A program made the position numbers and the translations under genes. From assembly GCA_965249575.1 (NCBI GenBank), contig OZ252244.1, positions 2,624,001 through 2,688,000 on the forward strand: DNA of 64,000 bases, read 5' to 3'. The DNA comes from Gemmatimonadales bacterium (GTDB lineage: Bacteria > Gemmatimonadota > Gemmatimonadetes > Gemmatimonadales > GWC2-71-9). Below, piece after piece: positions 51,122-60,320 of the stretch; the stretch's first letter is position 1; each line of letters starts with the position of its first letter. The notes under the pieces were generated by a model, which was given only the letters and a program-made list of their open reading frames with translations, was not told where the DNA came from and did no database searches.

Positions 51122-52477
51122 CTAGCGGGTCGCTACAGATTGCAGCACCTCCTCGATCACATCGAAAACCGAGTGTGCTTCCGTGTCGCTGATGCAGTAC
51201 GGGGGCATGACGTATAGCACGTTTCCAAGCGGCCTGAGGAGGACGTTACGAGCCAAGAACTCCCGGTATAAGCGAGGCCCCATAGAATCGACATACCCGC
51301 CGCCCTTGGCTGGGGCCACGTCCAGGGCGGCAATCCCGCCGATGGCGCGCACGTTCGAGACCGCTGGGAGCCGATCGAGTGCGCCGAGCCGCTCGGTAAA
51401 CAGACTCTCGAGCCGTCGGACGCGCTCGAGGCAGCCATCCTCATCGAAGAGACGGAGACTCTCGAGTCCCACCGCGCACGCCAACGCATTGCCGGTGTAG
51501 GAATGTCCGTGCCAGAGGGTGCGTCGGTAGTCCTCCGCGAGGAACGCGCCGTAGATCTCCTCGGTGCACAGAGTGGCACCAAGGGGCAGGTAGCCAGCGG
51601 TCAGAGCCTTTGAAAGGCACAGGATGTCCGGGGTGACGGGCCCGTGCTCGCAGGCGAGGAATGGGCCGGTACGCCCAAACCCGGTGAGCACTTCATCGGC
51701 GATGAGAAGAGTTCCGGCGCGCGCTACGATTTCGTGCACATGGCGGAGAAACGCCGGAGGCCACACGACCATCCCCCCGGCACCCTGTAGCATCGGTTCT
51801 ATGATGACCGCCGCGATCCGGTCGCTTTCGGCGGCCACGATGCCGTCGAGCGTATGGTGCGGCGCGTCGGAATCAAGCTCCAGAGGCGGTCCCCCCGCAG
51901 GCACGTGGGAATCGGCGACCGCGGTGACTCGCCGCACCTCGAACAGAAGATCGGTAAACTGTTCGTGGAAGATTGGAACGCCTCCCGCCGCCATGGCGCC
52001 GAACGTGTCACCGTGGTATGCGTTCTGGAGTGCCACGATCAGGTTCCGCTGCTGTTCGCCCCGGTTCCGCCAGTACTGGTATGCCATTTTGATCGCCACT
52101 TCCACCGCCGTCGAGCCGTCGTCGGAGTAGAATACGCGCGTGAGCGGTTGAGGGGTTCGGCGGGTGAGCTCTTCGGCTAGGCGCGCGGCGGGCTCGTGCG
52201 TGAAACCGGCGAAGATCACTTGTGCGAGCGTGTCGGCCTGTGCCGCGAGTGCCCGATTGAGCCGGGGGTGGTTGTGTCCGTGGATATTGACCCACCATGA
52301 TGAGATCCCATCGAGGATCCGCCTCCCGTCCGGCGTGTAGAGGTAAATCCCTCGCGCGCGCTCGATGGGAATGACCGGCGGGGCCGTCAATGCTTGAGTG
52401 TAGGGGTGCCACACACGGTCCCGGTCAAAGCGAATCCAGGAGGGCGACCCCGGTTCGGGGGATACCGGGCTCGTCAC
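51122..52477 (-). CDS. bioA: DAPA aminotransferase
   Basis: VWHPYTQ, DGISSWWVNIHGH, GSTAVEVAIKMA, YHGDT, ADEVLTGFGRTG, LSKALT. Confidence 0.95.
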   Translation of the reverse strand: MTSPVSPEPGSPSWIRFDRDRVWHPYTQALTAPPVIPIERARGIYLYTPDGRRILDGISSWWVNIHGHNHPRLNRALAAQADTLAQVIFAGFTHEPAARLAEELTRRTPQPLTRVFYSDDGSTAVEVAIKMAYQYWRNRGEQQRNLIVALQNAYHGDTFGAMAAGGVPIFHEQFTDLLFEVRRVTAVADSHVPAGGPPLELDSDAPHHTLDGIVAAESDRIAAVIIEPMLQGAGGMVVWPPAFLRHVHEIVARAGTLLIADEVLTGFGRTGPFLACEHGPVTPDILCLSKALTAGYLPLGATLCTEEIYGAFLAEDYRRTLWHGHSYTGNALACAVGLESLRLFDEDGCLERVRRLESLFTERLGALDRLPAVSNVRAIGGIAALDVAPAKGGGYVDSMGPRLYREFLARNVLLRPLGNVLYVMPPYCISDTEAHSVFDVIEEVLQSVATR

Positions 52478-53139
52478 TGCAGGTGTTGCTTGAGGTGAGC
52501 TGGGCGATCGAAGCGCTTCGCGGCTCGTGACAGACTCTGCCGGTCGAGGGGCACGATCGGTTGGACGGACGCCACCACACGGGTGTGGCCAAATCGTTCG
52601 ATCGCCCTCCTGTTTTCCAGATTGCGCGGCCCATTCAGCACCACACCGATCAGTCGCAGCCCCCGTGCGCGGAGCGCCTCGAGCGTGAGGAGCGTGTGGC
52701 TGATGGTCCCGAGTGTGCTTCGGGCGACGAGGAGACACGGCAGGCGGACCGCCTCGAGGAGATCCGCAAAGAAGTACCCGCCGTCGGTGAGCGGCACGAG
52801 CAGGCCACCAATGCCCTCGACGACGATCCCGTTTCCGACCGGGCCCTTCAGGTGCCCGGCCGCCGCTCGCCGGAGACGCCTGGGATCGATCGGAGATCCC
52901 GCCCGGCGCGCTGCCAGATGCGGTGATACGGGAGGGCCGAAAGCCCGATGTTCGGGAAGAATCGTGCAGCGGTGCCCGGCGAGTCGCCGGACGATAGCGG
53001 TGTCGGATCCCTCCACTCCCCCCGTCGCTACAGGCTTCCAGTACGCCACCGGAACGCGAGCACCGTAGCGCGCCAACAACAGAGCCGACACGATGGTTTT
53101 CCCAACACCTGTGTCCGTACCGATGACCGCGAGACTCAC
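52474..53139 (-). CDS. bioD: Dethiobiotin synthase
   Basis: GTDTGVGKT, YWKPV, SPH, VEGIGG, LGTISHT. Confidence 0.94.
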   Translation of the reverse strand: MSLAVIGTDTGVGKTIVSALLLARYGARVPVAYWKPVATGGVEGSDTAIVRRLAGHRCTILPEHRAFGPPVSPHLAARRAGSPIDPRRLRRAAAGHLKGPVGNGIVVEGIGGLLVPLTDGGYFFADLLEAVRLPCLLVARSTLGTISHTLLTLEALRARGLRLIGVVLNGPRNLENRRAIERFGHTRVVASVQPIVPLDRQSLSRAAKRFDRPAHLKQHLQ

Positions 53140-54296
53140 GGTGTCGCGGTGGCGAGCGTTGCGTGCGTTTGCGCGGCGCTGGCCCCCACGGCGCATGCGA
53201 GGCTCGCGATCTGCTGCTCCGAGTGATCGGCGTGCACCGAGATTCGGAGCCGCGCACCGTGCGGTGGTACTGTCGGCGGTCGAATGGCGCGCACGTCGAA
53301 TCCCTCGGCGCGGACCGCAGCTGCGACTGCCAGCGCGCGCGCGTTCTCGCCCAGCAACACCGGAACGATGGGGCCCTCGCTGCGCAGGCAATCACAGCCG
53401 GCCGCGCGTAGGGACTTCCGCAATCGATCGGCGAGCTCCAGCACACGGCCGCGCAGAGCCGGGTGAGATTCCGCGAGATCGAGCGCGGCCTCGACGGCGT
53501 GGATCAGGAGTGGGGGGACGGCGGTGGTGAAGATGAACGCCCGAGAGCGATTCACGAGGTATTCGATTACTACTCTGGGTGCCGCTACGAACGCGCCGGC
53601 GACTCCGAGCGCTTTGCCGCACGTCGCGACGATGGCAAGCGCTCTACCCGCGACCGCGAAATGCTCGGTCAGTCCGGAACCGCGCGCGGGGCCGTACACA
53701 CCGGTTGCGTGGGCGTCGTCCACGATGAGAGACGCCCCATACTTGTCGGCGAGGTCGGCGTAACGGTCCAGGGGCGCGATATCCCCGTCCATGCTGAACA
53801 GAGATTCCGACACCAAGAAAGTGCGGCCGCTGGCGTGCGGCTGGCGAAGGTGCCGCTCGATCCCCTCCAGGTCCAAGTGGGGCACGATCGTTTTTTGACA
53901 CCCGCTCAGTCGCAGGCTGTCAATGATGCTGGCGTGGTTGCGCGCGTCGCTGATGGCGCGATCGTTGGGTTCGATCAGTGTCGTGATAAGGCCGATATTG
54001 GCCTGGTATCCGCTCGGGAAAAACAGAGCCGCTTCTGTACCCTTGTACCGGGCCAAGCGCTCCTCGAGCGCTGCGTGCGCGCCGGTGTGTCCGCGCAGTA
54101 ACCGAGACGCCGGCGCGCTCACCGGTGAGCCTTCCATCTTGGCGCGCGTACGCTCCCACAGCTGAGGATGGAGGGCCAATCCGAGGTAGTCGTTCGAGGT
54201 GAAGTCGAGTCCCTGCGGTTCCGCCAGTGTCCGGTAGAGGTCCTCCGACCGCAGACGCTCGAGCCGGGCGCCGATTTCGTCGCGGTGGTTACTCAC
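53136..54296 (-). CDS. bioF: 8-amino-7-oxononanoate synthase
   Basis: SNDYLGL, SGYQAN, NHASIID, FSMDGD, DDAHA, GKALG, IRPPTVP. Confidence 0.95.
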   Translation of the reverse strand: MSNHRDEIGARLERLRSEDLYRTLAEPQGLDFTSNDYLGLALHPQLWERTRAKMEGSPVSAPASRLLRGHTGAHAALEERLARYKGTEAALFFPSGYQANIGLITTLIEPNDRAISDARNHASIIDSLRLSGCQKTIVPHLDLEGIERHLRQPHASGRTFLVSESLFSMDGDIAPLDRYADLADKYGASLIVDDAHATGVYGPARGSGLTEHFAVAGRALAIVATCGKALGVAGAFVAAPRVVIEYLVNRSRAFIFTTAVPPLLIHAVEAALDLAESHPALRGRVLELADRLRKSLRAAGCDCLRSEGPIVPVLLGENARALAVAAAVRAEGFDVRAIRPPTVPPHGARLRISVHADHSEQQIASLACAVGASAAQTHATLATATP

Positions 54297-55267
54297 GTGG
54301 CGGTGAGTGCCGTCAGCCCCAGTTTGGCGAGCAATCGCTCATCTTGATCTGGCCCTGGGTTGGGCGTCGTCAGGAGCTTCTCCCCCGTGAAGATGGAATT
54401 CGCGCCGGCGATGAAGCAAAGCGCCTGCGACTCGTCCGAGAGGCTCGTGCGGCCCGCGCTGAGGCGAACGCGAGCGCGCGGAAAGACGATTCGGCTCGCT
54501 GCTATCATTCGTACCAGGTCGATGGGATCCAAAGCCGGGGCATCTCCGAGCGGAGTCCCTGGCACCGCGACTAGCGCGTTGATCGGCACGCTCTCGGGGT
54601 GCGGTTCGAGCCGCGCCAGCACCCCCAATAGCGCGACACGATCGTCCAAGCGTTCGCCCATCCCAATGATTCCCCCGCAGCAGACGGAAATACCAGCTTC
54701 CCGCACGTGCCCTAGTGTCTCGAGCCGGTCCTCGTAACGCCGGGTGGAGATGATCTGGCCGTAGTATTCCGGTCCCGTGTCGAGGTTGTGGTTGTAGGCG
54801 GTGAGCCCCGCTTCCGAGAGCCGCCGCGCCTGTGCGGCCCCTAACATCCCCAGCGTGCAACAAGCCTCCAACCCGAGCTCGCGGACCCCGCGCACCATCT
54901 CGAGGACCCGGTCGAATTGGGATCCCTGAGGTGCCGACCGCCACGCCGCCCCCATGCAAAACCTGGTCGAGCCGTTGGCCCGGGCAGCCCGCGCGGCGTC
55001 CAACACCCGATCTACTTCGAACAGCGGCTCGCCGGAGACGCCCGTCTCGTAACGCGCGCTTTGCGGACAGTACGCGCAGTCCTCGGGGCACCCTCCCGTT
55101 TTGATCGACAGCAGTGTGCAGAGCTGTACCCGATTGGGATCGTGATGCGCGCGATGGACTGCTTGTGCGTCAAAAAGCAGGTCGGGCAGTGACCGATCGA
55201 ACAGGGCGCGGATCTCGGCGTCCGTCCAATCGTGTCGTGTTGGCATGGCGTCGGCCGCGGTTTGCAT
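54293..55267 (-). CDS. bioB: Biotin synthase
   Basis: [36 protein letters not shown]. Confidence 0.97.
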   Translation of the reverse strand: MQTAADAMPTRHDWTDAEIRALFDRSLPDLLFDAQAVHRAHHDPNRVQLCTLLSIKTGGCPEDCAYCPQSARYETGVSGEPLFEVDRVLDAARAARANGSTRFCMGAAWRSAPQGSQFDRVLEMVRGVRELGLEACCTLGMLGAAQARRLSEAGLTAYNHNLDTGPEYYGQIISTRRYEDRLETLGHVREAGISVCCGGIIGMGERLDDRVALLGVLARLEPHPESVPINALVAVPGTPLGDAPALDPIDLVRMIAASRIVFPRARVRLSAGRTSLSDESQALCFIAGANSIFTGEKLLTTPNPGPDQDERLLAKLGLTALTAT

Positions 55268-55389
55268 TGGATCGAAGCGTCCGGTGGAAGGTTGGGGTGT
55301 TGTGCGGGCGCACGCACCGCGGCGCTGGCGAAGAGAGATAGCATACGGAAGAGAGCAAGGGCGGCGCAAGGCCAGGCGTCTATCGGACG

Positions 55390-55418
55390 TTGTCTTTCGG
55401 ACGCATTGCGGTGATAAT
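55390..55418 (+). promoter_or_regulatory. Leaderless-type promoter of nfuA-like gene
   Basis: TTGTCT-N17-GATAAT, 7 nt before ATG 55426. Confidence 0.45.
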
Positions 55419-55425
55419 GTAGTCG

Positions 55426-56013
55426 ATGGGAACGCAGCTCACGATTGGTCTTGAGCCACTGGACGAGTGGCGCTGCCGGGTCACCGGACTGGACTTGGGA
55501 GAGGCGCCGGGTCACGACGCGGACTCCGATGGTTTGGGGGAGTCCCTCCCGGCGCGGGTACTGGACGCGCTCTCGCAGATTCCGGGGGTGCAGAGGGCAC
55601 AGCTCGAGGGCGGCACGCCCGTGTTCACCCGGGATGCGGCGGTCTCCTGGTCCTCTCTCGAGGAGGCGGTGCGCTACGCCGTCGAGACAGCAGTCACCAA
55701 TCCGACACCGGTGCCGCACTCCGCGGCGCTGGGGGGCGACCTTGGGGACGACGCGATGTTCGATACGGTTGGCGAGTTACTCGATGCGCAGGTCAACCCC
55801 TCAGTGGCCCGACATGGTGGCAAGGTCGAGCTGGTGGATGTGCAGAACGGCACGGTGGTTCTCAGGATGTTGGGGGGGTGCCACGGGTGCGGGATGGCGA
55901 GCGTGACGCTCAAGCAGGGGATCGAGTCCACGCTCAGACGATCGGTCCCAGGTCTCCGCGGGATCGTCGATATCACCGATCACGCCTCCGGAACCAATCC
56001 CTATTTCACTTGA
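55426..56013 (+). CDS. NfuA/NifU-C family Fe-S carrier
   Basis: [37 protein letters not shown]. Confidence 0.88.
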   Translation: MGTQLTIGLEPLDEWRCRVTGLDLGEAPGHDADSDGLGESLPARVLDALSQIPGVQRAQLEGGTPVFTRDAAVSWSSLEEAVRYAVETAVTNPTPVPHSAALGGDLGDDAMFDTVGELLDAQVNPSVARHGGKVELVDVQNGTVVLRMLGGCHGCGMASVTLKQGIESTLRRSVPGLRGIVDITDHASGTNPYFT

Positions 56014-56018
56014 GTGAT

Positions 56019-56076
56019 GCAGCCCCGTCGGCCCCCGCACGACCTACGGCTCGTGGGAGGGGTCTGGACGGGGTGC
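56019..56076. terminator. Long hairpin between convergent nfuA-like and receiver genes
   Basis: CCCCGTC...CACGA / TCGTG...GACGGGG nested stem. Confidence 0.5.
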
Positions 56077-56080
56077 GGGG

Positions 56081-56455
56081 TTAGGAAGGTTTGGCTTCGG
56101 CCATCCGACGGACCGCCTCGAGTAACTCCACCGCGCTACATGGCTTGCCGAGAAACGGCTGTCGGGTTCGCTGCAGAAACTTGCGAGTTTCTTCGTCGTG
56201 TGCCCAACCAGTTACGAACACGACACGTTCGGCCATGGCTGGGTAGTATTCCTTGAGCTCATCGTAGAATCCCTTGGCGTCCAAGAACGGCAAGCGGTAA
56301 TCGCAAATAATGACATCGAATGTCTTGTCTTTGAGGGTGGCGAAGGCGGCGATCCCATTTTCCGCGGACGTGACTCCGAACCCCGCGGTCTCAAGCGTTT
56401 CGACGAAGACCGATCGCACGTCTTGATCGTCTTCCACTAACAGCACGTTGGTCAC
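56081..56455 (-). CDS. Single-domain response regulator receiver
   Basis: VEDD, ICD (phospho-Asp), VTG, GKP. Confidence 0.92.
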   Translation of the reverse strand: MTNVLLVEDDQDVRSVFVETLETAGFGVTSAENGIAAFATLKDKTFDVIICDYRLPFLDAKGFYDELKEYYPAMAERVVFVTGWAHDEETRKFLQRTRQPFLGKPCSAVELLEAVRRMAEAKPS

Positions 56456-56533
56456 GCCCGGGACCTTCTGTCACTGGGGTTGCAAGGGAATCTATGTTCT
56501 TCTGGGAGTGCTCGCTACGTGCCACCCGCGTGC

Positions 56534-56562
56534 TTGCTCTTCGGTTCGAGGCCGGGTAAGTT
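56534..56562 (+). promoter_or_regulatory. Possible promoter of the tRNA pair
   Basis: TTGCTC-N17-TAAGTT, 27 nt before tRNA-Leu. Confidence 0.35.
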
Positions 56563-56589
56563 GCGACCCCTGTGGACTTTCCGCCTCCC

Positions 56590-56671
56590 GCCCTGGTGGT
56601 GGAACTGGTAGACACGCTGTCTTGAGGGGGCAGTGGCGAAAGCCGTCCCGGTTCGAGTCCGGGCCAGGGCA
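56590..56671 (+). tRNA. tRNA-Leu(GAG)
   Basis: GCCCTGG/CCAGGGC acceptor; CTGTC-TTGAGGG-GGCAG anticodon arm; long variable arm; GGTTCGAGTCC; no encoded CCA. Confidence 0.95.
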
Positions 56672-56674
56672 TCC

Positions 56675-56746
56675 GCCACCGTAGCTCAGTGGTAGAGCTC
56701 TCGATTCGTAATCGAGTGGTCGTCGGTTCGAGTCCGACCGGTGGCT
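56675..56746 (+). tRNA. tRNA-Thr(CGT)
   Basis: GCCACCG/CGGTGGC acceptor; CTCGA-TTCGTAA-TCGAG anticodon arm; GGTTCGAGTCC; no encoded CCA. Confidence 0.95.
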
Positions 56747-56761
56747 CTCTGGAAGTAGTTG

Positions 56762-57952
56762 TCAGACAAGCGACTTACCCTCCCGCTGTGTCGTGCCCGT
56801 CTGGTGTGGTTCCGTTGTAGTTCCACTTTCGGTATCCAAGACGCGGGCGATCGCCTCGAGCCGGTCGCTCCGCGTCTTCAGGTACGTGGCGATGAGCTTC
56901 ATGTCGGTGTCGCCGATGAAGCGGAGCGCCATCACCGGGTCGCCGGTACGCTCCAGGATCTCGCCCGCCACCATCCGCCGGAACCCATGGGCAGCGCGAT
57001 ACGGCGCGTGCACGATGCCCGCCCGGTCCTCCGCACGCCGCAGGGCCGTCCAGAACGATTGGACCCCGTAGACGCCCGGCGCCTCGCGCCCTTTGCGTTT
57101 CCGGGCTTGCGGGGAATAGAAGACCCAGGGACCGCGATACGCGTCATGCACACGCCAGTGTCGGGCCGTTAACAACGCGGAGAGCGTCCCCTCGCGAAGC
57201 GGCTGCGACCATTCCTCGCCCGTCTTGTTGAACGCCGCCCGCCAGATCAGCCGATCACCATCGACGTCCTCCCAGCGGAGGTGGAGGGCGGCCCGGAGGC
57301 GAACGCCTTGATGGCCTAGCACCATGAGCACCGCCCAGGGTCGCCACCAGCGCGAGACCTGGTAGTTGAACTGGCGAAGGAGCTGGTGGAACTCCTCGAG
57401 CCGGTACTCCGCGGGCCGATGGCTCGCCTCCTCCTTCGAGCGTTTGAATCGAAACCCGGTCAACCGGTTCCGCCCGAGAATTTCGTGGCGATGGCCCCAG
57501 GCGTAGACCAGCTTCACGACTTTCACCGTCTCGCCGATCTGGTTCACCGCGGTCCCCACATCGCGTTGGGCTTTTTGGAAGGCGATGAGATCCCGGACCG
57601 TCGTCTCATCCGCTGGCGCGTCGTGGCCGAGAAAGAGCTCCCATTTCCGCCACCGCTCGTGGTAGAGTTGCTGCGTGCGCGGGCGCAGGGTGGGGAACTC
57701 GGCCTCCGCATACGTCGTCCAGAGTTCGCGGAGCGCGATCGGCTCACTCCGACCGAGATGTTCCCGCTCATCCGCGAACACCCGCGCCCACTCGACGGCC
57801 GCGGCGCGATTCGGCTTGGAATCGGGCCAGGACTTCGTCTTCGCGTTCCCGTGGTGATACCACCGAACCCGGACCAACCGCCGGCTCGGCTCCGTGAAGA
57901 CCCGAATCCGGCGCCCATGCGGCCCGAAGTTCGCAAGCGTCTTCCGCTTCAC
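56762..57952 (-). CDS. Tyrosine recombinase/integrase
   Basis: GVRLRAALHLRWEDV (R), FNKTG (K), AHGFRR (HxxR), FIGDTD...ATYLK (Y). Confidence 0.88.
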   Translation of the reverse strand: MKRKTLANFGPHGRRIRVFTEPSRRLVRVRWYHHGNAKTKSWPDSKPNRAAAVEWARVFADEREHLGRSEPIALRELWTTYAEAEFPTLRPRTQQLYHERWRKWELFLGHDAPADETTVRDLIAFQKAQRDVGTAVNQIGETVKVVKLVYAWGHRHEILGRNRLTGFRFKRSKEEASHRPAEYRLEEFHQLLRQFNYQVSRWWRPWAVLMVLGHQGVRLRAALHLRWEDVDGDRLIWRAAFNKTGEEWSQPLREGTLSALLTARHWRVHDAYRGPWVFYSPQARKRKGREAPGVYGVQSFWTALRRAEDRAGIVHAPYRAAHGFRRMVAGEILERTGDPVMALRFIGDTDMKLIATYLKTRSDRLEAIARVLDTESGTTTEPHQTGTTQREGKSLV

Positions 57953-58296
57953 GCCACCGCTTCCTGTCTGGCCGTTCGCCGCGCATCCGCCCGGAGACTC
58001 GTCACTTTTACCCGACGGGGCACCACGACCATCCGATACTCACGCCGTCCATTCCGCCGCCGCGCATGCCCCTCCGTCTCCCAGTCGGGAAACTGCGACC
58101 GCAACCAGCGCAGCGAGCGCCCCGAGCGGATCTGTGCGTCCTTCTCGCTGAGCCACACGAGAAACGGCTCAGCTGCCCGCTTAATGTCGTGGACGAACTG
58201 CTCCATGAGCTCCGCGTCATGCCGGTGGCCCCGGCGCCGAAGGACCTGCGCATCCTCACTCCAATCCGCGAGGATCTGCTCAAGCGTCGCCGTCAC
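57949..58296 (-). CDS. Putative excisionase-like winged-HTH protein
   Basis: Basic; WLSEKDAQIRSGRSLRWLR; GTGA-coupled to the integrase. Confidence 0.5.
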   Translation of the reverse strand: MTATLEQILADWSEDAQVLRRRGHRHDAELMEQFVHDIKRAAEPFLVWLSEKDAQIRSGRSLRWLRSQFPDWETEGHARRRNGRREYRMVVVPRRVKVTSLRADARRTARQEAVA

Positions 58297-58598
58297 GCCG
58301 CTCCCGCCTCGACCAGCGCCTGCCCCACGTCGGCCCCCTCAGGAAACGCGAGCTCCGCCACCGTCGCCTTCCACACCGTCAACCCGCACCAGCGGAGCAC
58401 GAACGCAAAAGCCAACCCCTTTGGTGGTGACCTGAATGCGAAACGGGGGCCGTGGTCACGGAGGTAGCCCGAGACAACCTGCATCCACGCGGTCCCTCTC
58501 GGACTCGCTGCGACCCCGAAGTGTCGTTCGGCTGCGTGGATTGCGTCACTGACTACTGGCGTCAGGGCCAGCCGCTCCACCTGGGCGTCGTCGGTCAT
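58293..58598 (-). CDS. Phage hypothetical protein
   Basis: MTDDAQVERLAL...; 4-nt overlaps at both ends. Confidence 0.55.
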   Translation of the reverse strand: MTDDAQVERLALTPVVSDAIHAAERHFGVAASPRGTAWMQVVSGYLRDHGPRFAFRSPPKGLAFAFVLRWCGLTVWKATVAELAFPEGADVGQALVEAGAA

Positions 58599-58756
58599 GG
58601 GGTGGCCCGCTTTCGTGGGTGCTGTGCTTGCCAGCGACGAAGTTTTATCTCCTGCCACCGCAGCCAAATGCTCGTGCAGGTTCCTATCGTGGACACCACG
58701 AGGTAGGCGAACACCAGCCAGAGAAACCAAACCGGGATGGTTAGCGATACGCTCAT
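58595..58756 (-). CDS. Small single-TM phage protein
   Basis: GGAGG RBS; IPVWFLWLVFAYLVVSTIG plus basic tail. Confidence 0.6.
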   Translation of the reverse strand: MSVSLTIPVWFLWLVFAYLVVSTIGTCTSIWLRWQEIKLRRWQAQHPRKRATP

Positions 58757-58784
58757 CCTGCCTCCGAGTCGCGGGTGGGGGCGG

Positions 58785-59069
58785 TCACGTGTTATCCGGC
58801 GTGCGTTGTTCAATCGCGTCGGTGGCCTTCGCAATGCGCCGGAGGAGTCTGATCGTTTCCGTACCAGAAGGCTCGACATCTGCTAGGACCGACCGTAGTA
58901 GCGGCACCCAACACGGCACCGAATGGCGCTCGGGTTCCTCATCCCCACCTTCGGGCGAATGCCCAAGCCACCGACTGGCGCAGACCTTGCCATGGTGATA
59001 CCGGCGCCGTCCCGTTGGCGCGTTCTGCTCATCAATCCATTGCAAGGCCTGTCGTGCCGCTTCGCTCAT
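58785..59069 (-). CDS. Phage hypothetical protein
   Basis: MSEAARQALQWIDE...; ATGA overlap with the upstream gene. Confidence 0.5.
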   Translation of the reverse strand: MSEAARQALQWIDEQNAPTGRRRYHHGKVCASRWLGHSPEGGDEEPERHSVPCWVPLLRSVLADVEPSGTETIRLLRRIAKATDAIEQRTPDNT

Positions 59070-59446
59070 TCGCTCACCCCCGGTTGGGCCAAGAGGGCGC
59101 GGGCGTGTGCCCATACCAATGGGACACCTCCGGTTCCCGTAGGCATGTATTCGTCAATGACTGCTCGCAGCGCCCCCGTCAGCGCGTCGATGCGCTCGTG
59201 GGCGGCGTCAATGTCTTGGTTGGCCTCCTGCATAGCGTCAAGGTGGCTGGCGCGTATTTCCTCCACCCCTGTGCCGTCTGCGATGTCCTCCCGCACCTGC
59301 TCCACCAGCCAGGGGAGGTGCTCACTGAGCAGCCGGTTCCGTGCCTCGTCCCACTGTGGATGTACCGGCAGGTGGCCAGGGTGCATGACGCCGCCCGTTT
59401 CCATGTCTCGCGCAATCGCCGCCAGCCGCTCGGTGGGGTCGGTCAT
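59066..59446 (-). CDS. Phage hypothetical protein with coiled-coil
   Basis: MTDPTERLAAIAR...; ATGA overlaps. Confidence 0.55.
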   Translation of the reverse strand: MTDPTERLAAIARDMETGGVMHPGHLPVHPQWDEARNRLLSEHLPWLVEQVREDIADGTGVEEIRASHLDAMQEANQDIDAAHERIDALTGALRAVIDEYMPTGTGGVPLVWAHARALLAQPGVSE

Positions 59447-59517
59447 CGGGGGTGGCTCATGCTTTCGATGATGGCTTGGCGTGATTCTGCAAGCGCCTTC
59501 CAGGAGGTGTCGCTCAC
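59443..59517 (-). CDS. 24-aa micro-ORF
   Basis: MSDTSWKALAESRQAIIESMSHPR exactly bridges its neighbours with GTGA and ATGA overlaps. Confidence 0.4.
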   Translation of the reverse strand: MSDTSWKALAESRQAIIESMSHPR

Positions 59518-60320
59518 CGCACGACCTGCAGCCGATAGTCGGCACCCCCGAAGCGCACAATGCCGCCCGCCCCATTCACCCGACTGAGCAGCGCGCCACC
59601 CAGCAGCTCGCTCACGCCGTCTTCGGATTCATTGCTCGTCAGAATCGTCGGCCGACTGTACTCCAGGCGGTGATCGACGACGTCGTAGAGATGCTGTTTC
59701 GGCTCGCCCCGGAAGGCATGCGCCGAGACCTCGTCGATCGCGAGCCAGTCGTAGGCCCGGTACTTGACGAGCACGAGCTCTTCGGGCGCGGCGTCCCGAT
59801 CCGATCCCCAGGACGCGCGGAGTTCGCGAATGAGATCCGCCAACTTGACGACGCGCGCGGAGATGCGGTGCGCCTCGACCAGCTGCTTCGCGACGCTCCA
59901 CAGCAAGTGGCCTTTGCCCGTGCCGTAGCCGCCAATCCAGACCTGCACGACCGGAACATCAGGCCACAAGGCGAGCCAGCGACGCGCCACGTTCCCGCAT
60001 CGCGTTTGCGTCCGTCGATCCCCTTCGGTGCCGTGCGGCGTGAAGTTCTCCAGCGTGGCGGCACGGTAGAGCGGGGGCACCGCCAACCCTTGCCGCACGG
60101 CGCGCAACCGCGCGTCGCGATGCTCCACCTCCATCCGTGCCCGCCGAGCCCCATCTGCCTTCTCGCGGCACGCCGGACACGTGATCGTCACCGGCTCCGT
60201 GGACGGGGTGCGCTTGATCGTTGGCATGTCACCAACGGAGCCACATTCCCGACACACGGTCGGCTCCTTCCCCACGGTGGGCAGGGCCTCCCGGATGTGC
60301 GTGCCGCTCGTGTCCGTCAT
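59514..60320 (-). CDS. DnaC/IstB-like ATPase (helicase loader)
   Basis: CRECG...CPAC; ATLENF; Walker A GGYGTGKG; Walker B LAIDEV; PTILTSN; LLSRV. Confidence 0.85.
   Translation of the reverse strand: MTDTSGTHIREALPTVGKEPTVCRECGSVGDMPTIKRTPSTEPVTITCPACREKADGARRARMEVEHRDARLRAVRQGLAVPPLYRAATLENFTPHGTEGDRRTQTRCGNVARRWLALWPDVPVVQVWIGGYGTGKGHLLWSVAKQLVEAHRISARVVKLADLIRELRASWGSDRDAAPEELVLVKYRAYDWLAIDEVSAHAFRGEPKQHLYDVVDHRLEYSRPTILTSNESEDGVSELLGGALLSRVNGAGGIVRFGGADYRLQVVR

Noticed and set aside
51122..53446. 774-aa BioD-BioA fusion
   Set aside because: The N-terminal extension is an off-frame reading of bioD/bioF; bioD has its own frame and stop, and bioA starts at GTG 52477.
55268..55425. BirA operator upstream of bioB
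   Set aside because: No convincing TGTAAACC-N-GGTTTACA-type dyad.
56391..56684. ORFs overlapping the tRNA genes
   Set aside because: Spurious translations of tRNA sequence.
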